Origin: a bacterium
GTDB lineage: Bacteria > SAR324 > NAC60-12
Assembly: GCA_965205865.1 (NCBI GenBank)
Contig: CBDBHR010000030.1
Location: 992,001-1,056,000, forward strand
Reading direction: 5' to 3'
DNA: 64,000 bases
Shown here: positions 51,585 through 61,783 of the stretch, piece after piece
Layout of the letters: each line of letters starts with the position of its first letter
Position numbering within the stretch: the stretch's first letter is position 1
The notes under the pieces: model-generated
Told to the model about the DNA's origin: nothing
The model's database searches: none
Seen by the model: only the letters and a program-made list of their open reading frames with translations
Made by a program: the position numbers and the translations under genes

Positions 51585-52007
51585 ATGATTGAAAAAGATA
51601 AATATGGAGTTTTTATCTCCCATGGGAGTGCAGACACATGGATTGCAAGACAGATGGCACGTTGTATTTAAGATTGTGATGCCGCTACATTTTTAGATGA
51701 AGCGGATATCTCCAAAGGGGATAACTTCAAGGAAGTCATTCATAAAGAATTTTGTAAAAGTAAGGAATTAGTCGCCCTGTTTACTCCTTGGTCAGTGAAA
51801 AGATTCTGGGTATGGGTTGAAATTGGCGCAGCATGGGGACAAGGAAAACGTATTATAGTGGTACTTCATGGACTGACCCAATCCGAATTGGAAGAATTGG
51901 GAGGAAGTAAAGCAATCTTAGAAGATATTAATATCCTCGAACTCAATAATTTTGACAGGTACATTGATGAATTGAAGGAAAGAGTGAAAAAGGAGCAAAA
52001 TGCATAA
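51585..52007 (+). pseudogene. TIR-domain protein with an in-frame TAA at codon 29
   Basis: AGGAG RBS; MIEKDKYGVFISHGSADTWIA...CI, TAA at 51669-51671, then DCDAATFLDEADISKG...WVWVEIGAA. Confidence 0.8.
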
Positions 52008-52395
52008 AGTATTTCTATCCTACAGTTATAATGATGCCGGTTTTGCCGTTCAACTTCAGAAAGCCTTAGGAGAAAGGATGGTAAAGGGATTTTTAGACAA
52101 GAATGATCTCGCCATCGGATCAGAACTGAGCAATACGATACGTGAAGAGATTAAAAAAGCGAGTGCGGTTGTTGTACTTTTATCAGAGGCTTCGAGCAAT
52201 AATGCTCATGTTCTTTTTGAGGTTGGAGCAGCGGAAGGACTAGGGAAAAAGATCATTTCTATCATTCTGCCCGAGATGGAAATGCAGGCATTGCCTGAGG
52301 TATTGCATGATATCCAGGTACTGGATGCGCGAGAAAAATCGATTCAGGAGATTGTTCGAGAACTTGGAACTACTTTGTCGCACCCCATCAATTAA
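52000..52395 (+). CDS. Stand-alone TIR-domain protein
   Basis: VFLSYS, GFLDKNDL, VLFEVGAA (catalytic Glu position); overlaps the first TIR gene. Confidence 0.85.
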   Translation: MHKVFLSYSYNDAGFAVQLQKALGERMVKGFLDKNDLAIGSELSNTIREEIKKASAVVVLLSEASSNNAHVLFEVGAAEGLGKKIISIILPEMEMQALPEVLHDIQVLDAREKSIQEIVRELGTTLSHPIN

Positions 52396-52516
52396 TCTGC
52401 TTAATTTTAAAACCACATCTCGATGCTCATTCTCACTCAAATATCCATGGATTCGATGATCAAAATCTGATTTCAGAATGATTGGATGCCATGGGTACAA
52501 AAATCATCTTACAATA

Positions 52517-52884
52517 ACCTGAGTTCGAGATAAGAATTTTGCAGTACCTTCGCGGGACTCGTCGCTCGGGGCAAGACGAGCATGGTGTGATTTTACGGGT
52601 TCAAACTGCATCTGGTGGCCAATGATTCCGGGGAGCTTTTAGCTTTTTTCCTCAACACGGGCATGAGAAAACGCTTCATTATTGAAACCATCAACGACCA
52701 ACTGAAAAATATTTCACAAATTGAGCATTCCAGACATCGTAGTGTCAAAAACTTTATGGCTGATTTACTCGCCGGCTTAATTGCTTATACTTGGCAACCG
52801 AAAACCTGCCAACCGACGCTCAATATAGGATTGAAAGAGGCGACGCAGCTTCAAATCATTTAGCTCGTTATCTCGAACTCGGGT
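52517..52884 (+). mobile_element. Internally deleted IS982-family element
   Basis: Terminal inverted repeats ACCTGAGTTCGAGATAA / TTATCTCGAACTCGGGT; fragments FYGFKLHL and [24 protein letters not shown]. Confidence 0.8.
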
Positions 52885-52989
52885 TAAAAACGTCAAAAAG
52901 TATTTTTCCATTCAGTCCCTGACGAGATCGTATGAATCCATCCAAAACACCTTGCAAAATTCATGGAAAAACTATCCAAAGAGAGGCAA

Positions 52990-53510
52990 GCTAAGAATTG
53001 CGGGAATCGATTCTATGAATATTTTCTAAAATGATTTGGGGCAGTTGCTCGCCAAAGTACTCCGTACCATGTGTTTTACTGTTTCCAAACAGACCGGCAT
53101 AGACAATTGTTCCGTCTGTGAAAGAGGCGACGCAGCTTCAAAACTCGAACGGAAAACACATTCCGTCGAGGTTGTTTGTACCATTCAAATGCGACCATGC
53201 CATCAGGTTCCACGGCAACTTCCGGTGCCGGAATTGTGCAACTTCCGGTGCCGGGTAACATATCAAGAAATCTCAGCGATTCTTCACAAGATTTCCTATC
53301 TATTCTTTTAGCGCCATAACCATCCCAATCGTCCTCACTGCATTCCGCGATGGCGTTCCACAAAGCCCTGAGTGTTTCCCTGTTCATCACTTCTATCCCC
53401 CCAACATGGCTGCGATGTCTGGTGGCAGTTTGACCCCGTTTTTCTGCTCGAAGTCTGCCACGCTTTTGTAGTCGTTATGAAATGCGGCGACGATATCCAC
53501 CCCCTTGCCT
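52990..53510 (-). pseudogene. Second relic of the TPR tail plus DDWDGYGA gene
   Basis: Similar to about 44460-44960, with small internal duplications and frameshifts. Confidence 0.7.
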
Positions 53511-53558
53511 TTACAGTAGTTAGATCTGAATGGTTTGTGACGGACCACTTGAGAAATA

Positions 53559-55058
53559 TTACAAAGTTTCAAAGAAATGCTGAATGTATTGTATGATAAC
53601 AGGATTGCGTAACCAAGGATTTTGTAACTCAAAAATTCTCCGGTTCGTCCAACTTTCCCACGATGTTTCCATTTGTCCGCGTGTGACATTTAAGCTGGTC
53701 CATAGTTCTTCGATCTCTGTCTGATCTCGAAGCATTGAGATTGCACGCATGCTTATGTCTTCTCCTTCGTAAATAAAAACTAATGGGACATTAGGAAACC
53801 AATGGGCGTTTGTACTCAACATTTCTTGCTTACCAGAAGCAATTATCGCCGCTAATTCGTGAATGTGAAGCGCTACATAATATGCAACCAGTGAAGATCG
53901 GTATTCCAAGTCATCCGTAAATATTTCAGATAACCATTCCCATCTTTCATAAGCGGAAATTATATATTTCCAACTTTCACCAGAATTTTCACCGAGTGAT
54001 TTACATACGCCCATCAGTCTATACTCTTCCCATATATCACAGAATACAGCATCGTTATAGGGTGAAGGAACTTTCACTTTCGCAAGTGCCAGGGCCAGGT
54101 TTATTTGCTTCGTACTGAGACTCAAAGCACCGTGCAGACTATGGTACACGTATCCAAGAGCGTTGGGAATATCAATCCAGACAATGTAACCACTGCGATT
54201 CCATTCAGCAATGTTGAGCAGGTCATCAAGCAAAGACTTTTGATCTTTGAATTGGTCTCTGCCGGATTCGACCCCCGCTAGTGCCACGGCAATCAGGGGC
54301 GAGACAATATCAACCGCTTTATCCACTACCTGAACCAAATCTTTTTTTTCTGGGAGTTGTTCCTCTAATTCATTTTGCCGCCATTGTACAAAAGATTTGA
54401 AGATACCTGGCCGAATGCGTTTGAGGAGTTGTCGCCACCCAAGTACATCTGCGGCACGGGCTAAATCAATTGCTGTTGAGTATGCTTGCGTCACGGATTC
54501 GACCCGATCCGGGATTTCAGGGGGTTGAGTTTCTGATCTCGTAAAAGGCGGTGCTTCTTCCCCGGAAGGAAGTCTGGCAAATGGACTTTTGCCCAGATTC
54601 GGTTTCTGTACCATTGGCACTTGGTGGAGTTCATGGAGCAATACTTTGAATTTTTCATCGAATTGACTCTCATCTGTAAAGTCGATATAAATTCGTGTTC
54701 CGAAAAATACTGGCACTTTTTCTTTTCCTGAAGCCTGACGAACTATAGGAATAAACTTGTTGGTTCCCAAGTCCTGAACAAGCTGCGCCGTCACAATGAG
54801 CCTTTCATATCCGACTCCACCTTCGCCGGCGCTCGCCTTTCTCACGTAACTGTCCGTACAGATGACCAAAACCCTGCCGGAATCCTTGACGCCAGCGTCG
54901 ATGAATCGAGTCATATCATCTCCCGGGTGGAGGTCCCACTGGTCAAGTATAACGTCAATGCCGTTGTTACGCAGTTTTGCGCCAAGTTCTGATACCCATT
55001 GTTTATGCGTTGGTGAGTCGTGAGAATATGAAATAAACACTTTGGGATATTCTGTCAC
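53559..55058 (-). CDS. SEFIR/TIR-domain protein with an uncharacterised helical C-terminal region
   Basis: PKVFISYSHDS...VILDQWDL...GGVGYE...KFIPIVR. Confidence 0.85.
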   Translation of the reverse strand: MTEYPKVFISYSHDSPTHKQWVSELGAKLRNNGIDVILDQWDLHPGDDMTRFIDAGVKDSGRVLVICTDSYVRKASAGEGGVGYERLIVTAQLVQDLGTNKFIPIVRQASGKEKVPVFFGTRIYIDFTDESQFDEKFKVLLHELHQVPMVQKPNLGKSPFARLPSGEEAPPFTRSETQPPEIPDRVESVTQAYSTAIDLARAADVLGWRQLLKRIRPGIFKSFVQWRQNELEEQLPEKKDLVQVVDKAVDIVSPLIAVALAGVESGRDQFKDQKSLLDDLLNIAEWNRSGYIVWIDIPNALGYVYHSLHGALSLSTKQINLALALAKVKVPSPYNDAVFCDIWEEYRLMGVCKSLGENSGESWKYIISAYERWEWLSEIFTDDLEYRSSLVAYYVALHIHELAAIIASGKQEMLSTNAHWFPNVPLVFIYEGEDISMRAISMLRDQTEIEELWTSLNVTRGQMETSWESWTNRRIFELQNPWLRNPVIIQYIQHFFETL

Positions 55059-55218
55059 TTTTTATCTCCGGTTTCGAAAGGAACGAGTCATAACACCAGT
55101 CTCTTCATGGTATGTTGCAGATAGATATTTCTCTCTTGGATTTTAACCGATCGAGGGTAGATCCTCAAGGGAATGTCCCAATCGATATAAAGAGAACAAC
55201 AGTCGGCTATCTATGAGA

Positions 55219-55247
55219 TTGACACTCTGAATGTTGATTGCTATATT
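55219..55247 (+). promoter_or_regulatory. sigma70 promoter of the Ubl operon
   Basis: TTGACA-17 bp-TATATT. Confidence 0.7.
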
Positions 55248-55315
55248 TTGGATTGTTACTCACTATAGTGGTCGGGCGATAATTTTTGGAACAGTTTGAC
55301 ATCAGGAGACCTAAA

Positions 55316-55573
55316 ATGGCTGAAAAGGAAAAAAACAAAGAGAGTCGTTCTTTTAAGCTCAAAGTGAATGGCATTGAAATCGACGTTTCGTGTCAGAAAC
55401 TCATTGCGAAAGACATTTTGAAACTCGCAGAAGAAAAAGGAGCTATCCCCGGTAAAGCGGAAGATTATATCTTGCAGGGAGACAAAGGACAGTATAAAGA
55501 CGATGACTTGGTCGATCTGGAGGAAGACAACCTATTCATTACGATTCCCGACAAACCCACCCCGATAGCGTAG
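55316..55573 (+). CDS. Ubiquitin-like (multiubiquitin-type beta-grasp) protein
   Basis: FKLKVNG...ILKLA...YIL...DDLVDL...FIT pattern; AGGAG RBS; first gene upstream of E2 and E1. Confidence 0.72.
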   Translation: MAEKEKNKESRSFKLKVNGIEIDVSCQKLIAKDILKLAEEKGAIPGKAEDYILQGDKGQYKDDDLVDLEEDNLFITIPDKPTPIA

Positions 55574-55585
55574 CCTTTTCTTAAG

Positions 55586-55960
55586 ATGTCCAACAGTATC
55601 GAACAGGTAATAGCCGAATTGGAAGCCTTGGGGCATGAGACCTCGCTGTTTGATAGCCCACAAGGAAAAGCGGTTTCCTTCGACTACACCGTCGAGACAG
55701 GTCCCTACAAAGGTAAACAAGTCAGGCTGGGCATCAGCTTCCAGGGAAGCGAACGTTATCCCGAATATCCCCCCCACTGGATTCATGTATCTCCGCCAAT
55801 TGACGATGGCAGAGGCGGCGTGGTCGAAAAATACGACGTAAACGGGCGCGAATGGCTCGCAATGAGCAGACCTCCTGGGGAAATATGGGACCGGCTACCG
55901 ACAAAGCACATGGCTGCTTACCTGAACGAACATTTACGACGAATCTGGAAAAACGTATGA
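55586..55960 (+). CDS. Prokaryotic E2/UBC-like protein without cysteine
   Basis: YPEYPPHWIH and WLAMSRP motifs; position between Ubl and E1. Confidence 0.7.
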   Translation: MSNSIEQVIAELEALGHETSLFDSPQGKAVSFDYTVETGPYKGKQVRLGISFQGSERYPEYPPHWIHVSPPIDDGRGGVVEKYDVNGREWLAMSRPPGEIWDRLPTKHMAAYLNEHLRRIWKNV

Positions 55961-57390
55961 GGTTCGAGACGGTTCTCACCGCCGAGGCGGATTCAACCTC
56001 CAGCGAGCACTTGTTGCAGCATTACCGGGGCAACAAAATTCAGGAAGATCTTTGCTTCGCCCTATGGCGTCCTTCTACAGGACGGTTGCGCCGCACCGCG
56101 TTGATTGACGAAATCATACTTCCCCAAGAAAGTGAGCGTATCCTGCATGGTAATGCCAGCTTCGAACCACACTACCTCGCGCGGGCGATGAAAATAGCGC
56201 GTAAAAAAAAAGTGGGTCTGGCTTTTATGCATAGCCACCCGAATCCTGGATGGCAGGGGATGAGTTGTGCTGATATCGAAGCAGAGCGGGATGTTCTGGC
56301 GTACCCGGCGGGGGCGACGGGCTTACCGTTGGTGGGATTGACAATCGGTACCGATGGTTATTGGAGCGCGCGCTTCTGGGAGAGAGACGCCAGCAAGTCG
56401 GGTGAGCAGGTTGGACAAATGCGCCGTCATTGGTGCGAGAAAGTTCGCGTCGTCGGACCCCAGTTCTACAAGAATTACTTCAATGACAATATCGCGCCTT
56501 CCCCGCTGCGGAGAAATATTCTCAGGCGTACTTTCGACACATGGGGACGCGAATCGCAAAACACGATTGCACGTTTGAAAGTTGGTATTGTCGGACTTGG
56601 CAGCGTCGGTTGCATCGTCGCGGAAGCCATCGCTCGAATCGGAATCGCGCATATTACGCTGATCGATCCTGATAAAGTCGAAGAGCACAACCTCGACCGT
56701 CTGCTTTACGGAACTATAAAGGATATCGGTAAATTAAAGGTTGATTTAGCGGCGCAAGCGATGCGGCGAAATACTACCGCAGAAAGCATCCAAATAACTA
56801 CTTTGCCGGTTTCAGTTCACAACGAATCGGCTTATAAAGCCGCCCTGGATTGCGACGTACTTTTCAGTTGCGTCGACCGGCCGGTTGCCCGAGACGTTTT
56901 GAATTATATCGCGATTGCTCATTTGATTCCGGTCATTGATGGCGGAATTGCCGTAGAAACCGACAGACGACAAGACCGCTTGTTTTCGGCGCATTGGCGT
57001 GCGCACGTCGTCACGCCGTATCATCAATGCCTGCGTTGCAACGGGCAATACAATTCCAGCATGGTGGTAATGGAATTGGACGGGTCGCTCGACGATCCGT
57101 CTTATATCAGCAATTTGCCTCCTGAAGAGCGGGGCGGTAACCAGAATGTTTTTCCATTCAGCTTGGGCGTTGCCGGGATGGAAGTGAATTTGATGCTACG
57201 CTACCTGCTCGCCTGCGAGTGGTGGCCATTGGTGGGACAACAGGACTACCAATTCGTGGCCGCTGGAACACGCATCATCAATGGTGAATGTCACCCCAAC
57301 TGCTCAATCCATCAACGTCGTGCGCAAGGGGATGCGGAAAACCCACACTACTTAATCGCAGAACGCACGGAATCGCCAAAATCCGGATAG
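55957..57390 (+). CDS. JAB/MPN peptidase fused to a ThiF/E1 adenylation domain
   Basis: QED...MHSHP...MSCAD (JAB); VGLGSVG, DPDKVEEHNLDR, SCVDR, CLRC and a C-terminal CxxxC (E1); ATGA overlap with E2. Confidence 0.88.
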   Translation: MRFETVLTAEADSTSSEHLLQHYRGNKIQEDLCFALWRPSTGRLRRTALIDEIILPQESERILHGNASFEPHYLARAMKIARKKKVGLAFMHSHPNPGWQGMSCADIEAERDVLAYPAGATGLPLVGLTIGTDGYWSARFWERDASKSGEQVGQMRRHWCEKVRVVGPQFYKNYFNDNIAPSPLRRNILRRTFDTWGRESQNTIARLKVGIVGLGSVGCIVAEAIARIGIAHITLIDPDKVEEHNLDRLLYGTIKDIGKLKVDLAAQAMRRNTTAESIQITTLPVSVHNESAYKAALDCDVLFSCVDRPVARDVLNYIAIAHLIPVIDGGIAVETDRRQDRLFSAHWRAHVVTPYHQCLRCNGQYNSSMVVMELDGSLDDPSYISNLPPEERGGNQNVFPFSLGVAGMEVNLMLRYLLACEWWPLVGQQDYQFVAAGTRIINGECHPNCSIHQRRAQGDAENPHYLIAERTESPKSG

Positions 57391-57412
57391 CGTACAATTT
57401 GGCGACACTTCG

Positions 57413-58868
57413 TCAAGATTTTCTATAAGGTATCGAGGACATCTTGATTTCTGGACCAAGCAATCCTGCCTTTTGAAGCAAGATTTTGAGGCAATTGCGA
57501 ACATTATTGGGATCAGGCACACGTGGACCTAGTGTGATCAAGCTATCTGAGTCTAATATCTCTTTAACTCGGAGAGCCTCGTCCTCGTAGTAGTGTCTTA
57601 TGCGAGTAGGTATATTGCTTTGGCCCTTGTAGTCAATAAAGATCCTGTCTTTATCAGTATCTGATTCTGGAATAACAAAACGGCATTCGTTTTCATACTG
57701 GTACGCTTTATCCTTAAACAAATATCGGATCTTTTCCAAGTATCCTACAATTCTCCCTACCAATTTTTCTTGAACATCTATAATTGGTTGTCCGCTAATG
57801 CTTACCAACGGATTCAAAGTTTCATATAAAGTATCCAAGACAGACTTCGATGGCTAAAAAAGTAGTGTCTTATGCGAGTAGGTATATTGCTTTGGCCCTT
57901 GTAGTCAATAAAGATCCTGTCTTTATCAGTATCTGATTCTGGAATAACAAAACGGCATTCGTTTTCATACTGGTACGCTTTATAGCCTTAAACAAATATC
58001 GGATCTTTTCCAAGTATCCTACAATTCTCCCTACCAATTTTTCTTGAACATCTATAATTGGTTGTCCGCTAATGCTTACCAACGGATTCAAAGTTTCATA
58101 TAAAGTATCCAAGACAGACTTAAGAAGCTGATCAGTACGCTTCACCTCATCAGTGCCATATAGGACTCTCAGCAATCGATTACCCGGGACGCTTAGCTTT
58201 AAAGAGCAACCTTCGCCATCTTTTCCGTAGGCACACCAATACACGAGGTCGTCGCTCACATCCCTTTCAATATCGGGACATGGAGCAATGAATGAGGTGA
58301 TATAAGCATGAGGCGCGTTTCTTGCTTTCAACAATTCATGTTCTTTCACGAGGTTCAGATTCCGGTTAAAATATATACCTTCATCCGGGTCGTTGAAATG
58401 GACGGAATCATACAATCTTAAAGAAGCGCTTCGTCCTTCCACAGAATCTACCAAGTTCATTAAGAGAGAGTTCAACTCGTCATAGAATCCCAATTTAGCA
58501 GTCCGTCTTTCCATCAAAGCGTTTCTATGTACTGGTTCATCATAGTACTCTTCGAATAATTTTCGCAACGATTCGATCCGTCTTTCCACTGAAGCATTCT
58601 GAAGCATGGATATGAGTGTATCGAGACTCGTATAGTGAATGACAGAAACCTTTTTCCTGCTTTCATGTTCCTCGAACCTGTGACGATTTTCGATTTTGTA
58701 GAGCAAGTTTTTCAACACCTCATCCAGCGCTGGAAAAACAATTTCGGTTACATACAACATACCTTGTTCAGGATTTCTTTCTAAGTATTCAGGATTTTTC
58801 TTAAAGTGTTGCAGACCTGCTGTTACTTGCGCTTTTAACTTTTCCATTTTCTCATCTGTATTGCTCAC
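57413..58868 (-). pseudogene. DUF2971-family protein disrupted by an internal ~260-bp duplication and a frameshift
   Basis: HYTS, NDPDEG, YITSF, WCAYG, YENECRF; 57589-57847 duplicates 57861-58121. Confidence 0.75.
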
Positions 58869-59019
58869 TCAGTTACTCCTTATGGCTGGGCGAAGTTGCT
58901 GTCTTGGTATAAAACCAATTCGCCAGTGTAAACATAATTATGTGTCAATGCTGTCCTTTAAGTATACGAAACTACAAGGGATCTTAACGGATATAATCTT
59001 CCAGGTGATTCGTAGAAAT

Positions 59020-61705
59020 TCATACCTGCTGTCTCGTCAACATGGCCGCAAGGTCTGGCGGCAGTGTGATCCCATTTTTCTGTTCGAAGTCTTTCACGCT
59101 TTCGTAGTCGTTTTGAAATGAAGCGATGATGTCCACCCCCCTTTCTCTGGCAGCAGTCAGATCGGATCTGGCTTTTTCCCATTCTTGCAGATGTAACCAG
59201 GCCTCGCCACGATTGTGATAAGCCTTGCCATCATCCGGTTTCAGTTCTATGGCATTGTCAAAGTCCAAGATGGCATGCTCATAATCACCTTTTCGGTAGT
59301 AAGTAACTCCGCGATTGTAATAAGCTTCAGTATCATCTGGATTTAGTTCTATGGCCTTGTCACAGTCTGCGATGGCACGGTCAAACTCTCCTTTATGGCC
59401 GTAAGCAGTGCCACGATATTTATAAGCTTCAGCATCACCCGGATTTAGTTCTATGGCCTTGTCACAGTCTGCGATGGCACGGTCATGCTTTCCTTTACAA
59501 ATATAAGCAGTGCCACGATATTTATAAGCTTCAGCATAGTCTGGTTTCAGTTCTATGGCCTTGTCAAAGTCCAAAATGGCACAGTAATGCTCGCCTTTAT
59601 GGCCGTAAGCAAGGCCACGCTAATATCCTTAACTCTCTGTTGTAATAAGCTATAGCATCATCGGGGTTCAGTTCTGTGACCTTGTTATAGTCTGCAATGG
59701 CACGGGCAGATTCACCTGTTTTGCTGTAAGCATTTCCACGATTCTTATAAGCATTGTCAAAGTTTGGATTTAGTGCTATGGCCTTGTCAAAATCCACAAT
59801 GGCACAGTCATGCTCGCCATTACGATTGTAAGTGATACCGCGGCTGTAATAAGCTTCAGAATCATCTGGTTTCAGTTCTATGGCTTTGTTAAAGTTTGCG
59901 ATTGCATGGGTATACTCTCCTTTATAGTCGTAAGCATATCCACGATTCTTATAAGCTTCAGAATCATCTGGTTTCAGTGTTATGGCCTTGTCAAAGTCAA
60001 CAATGGCACAGCCATGCTCTCTTTTATGGCCGAAAGCAAGGCCACGGTTGTAGTAAGCCTTGGCAAAGTTTGGTCTCCGCGCAACTGCCTTATAATAATC
60101 CTGAATTGCATTGTCATACTCGCCTATATTGCTATAAGCATTGCCACGATTGTTATAAGCCTCGGCAAAGTCTGGTTTTAGTTCTATGGCCTTGTTAAAG
60201 TCTGCAATAGCAGGGGCAGACTTCCCTGTCTTGTTGTAAGCACTGCCTCGGTTGTTATAAGCTTCGGCATAGTCTGGTTTCAGTTCTATCGTCTTGTTAA
60301 AGTCTAGAATTGCACGGTCATGCTCGCCTTTACGGTCGTAAACAAGACCACGATTGAAATAAGCCACGGTATATTCTGGGTTCAGTGCTATGGCCTTGTT
60401 ATAGTCTACGATGGCACGGTCGTGCTCGCCTTTACGGCCGTAAGCAAGACCACGGCTGTAGTAGCCGGCTGCATCATTCGGGTTTAGTGCTATAGCCTTG
60501 TTATAGTCTGCGATTGCACGGTCATACTCGCCTTTATCGAAGTAAGTAGCACCACGATTTATATAGGCTTCGGCAAAATTCGGGTTCAATTCTATGGTCT
60601 TGCTATAGTCTGCGATAGCACGGGCAGACTCGTCTGTATTCTTGTAAGCAAGACCACGGTTGTAGTAGCCGGCCGCATCATTTGGGTTTAGTGCTATAGC
60701 CTTGTTATAGTCTGCGATAGCACGGTCATACTCCCATTTATCAAAGTAAGCATTGCCACGGCTATAGTAACAGGCTGCATCATTTGAGTCCAGTTCTATA
60801 GCTTTGTTCAAGTCCTTGATGGCACGGGCAGACTCACCAGTATTGTTGTAAGCAACACCACGATTCATATAAGGTAAGGCAAAGTCTGGTCGCATTGCTA
60901 TGGCCTTGGTACAGTCTTGAATGCTATGGTCATACTCGCCTGTTTTGCCATAAACACCACCACGATTCGTATAAGCCTCGACAAAATCTGGTTTCAGAGT
61001 TATGGCCTCAGTGTAATGACATATAGCTTTGTCGTGATCTCCTTTGTCTTGGCAGGTCAACCCTTTATAAAACTCCATATTGGCACTCCGGTGTATGTCG
61101 CGATGTTTGATGAATCCCTGAAGGTCGTTGTAGATGGTTGCGGTAGACAAACCATGGTACTTTTGCAGGTGCTCCAAGATAGGTTGTTTGAGGTCTTTCG
61201 GGATAGAGATTACATCGTCTGGTTCAAGAAAACCCTGCGGTGGTCGCACGAAGAGGCTCTTTTGGGCGATTACGCGATTTCTGGGATTCAGAGGATGATT
61301 GATGTGTTTTTCTACCGGTTCCCTTTTTTGCAAGATAATCCTTCCGTCTCTGTCCTGGGAGCCGTCGCAGGCGAAGAAAAGGGCTATGAGGTAGTCGGTC
61401 GTAAAGTCGATCAGGTTGGTTTTTCCGCCAAAGTGTTGCAGTTCGGTCAGGATTTCAAATTCGTCGTTTTCGTGAGTATACTTTTTAGCCTCTTTCAGAA
61501 TTTCCCTTTGGACAGCCTCTATATCAAAATGCTCTGACTCAACGCCATATTCACGGTAGAGGCTCGAGGAGACTTTCTCGTAGCATTCTGGTTCGCCGCG
61601 GTAAATGCAGTCACCGTCGGCTGATTTTTCCGCAATCTCGTGGATTATTTCCAAAACCTCGCTGAGTGAGTCGCTTTGAGTATTGGATGTGTCTGGTGCG
61701 TTCAT
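59020..61705 (-). pseudogene. FRG-domain plus multi-TPR protein split by a 19-bp insertion (ORFs 59597-61705 and 59020-59574)
   Basis: YRGE, LQHFGGKTNLIDFT, IALFFAC, RVIAQKSLF, then many 34-aa TPRs; the 702-aa upstream part may still be expressed. Confidence 0.85.
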
Positions 61706-61783
61706 GATTTGTCCTCCATCTTGGTAAGTCCTTGACTGTCTGAGTTGTGGGTTGTCACAGACAAATTATACAGAAATCAAACA

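Noticed and set aside
3504-51671. TAA recoding, suggested by in-frame TAA in DUF4160, the DDWDGYGA gene and the first TIR gene
   Set aside because: Core genes such as rpsR and hsp20 end normally in TAA; only accessory genes are affected, so these are nonsense mutations or errors
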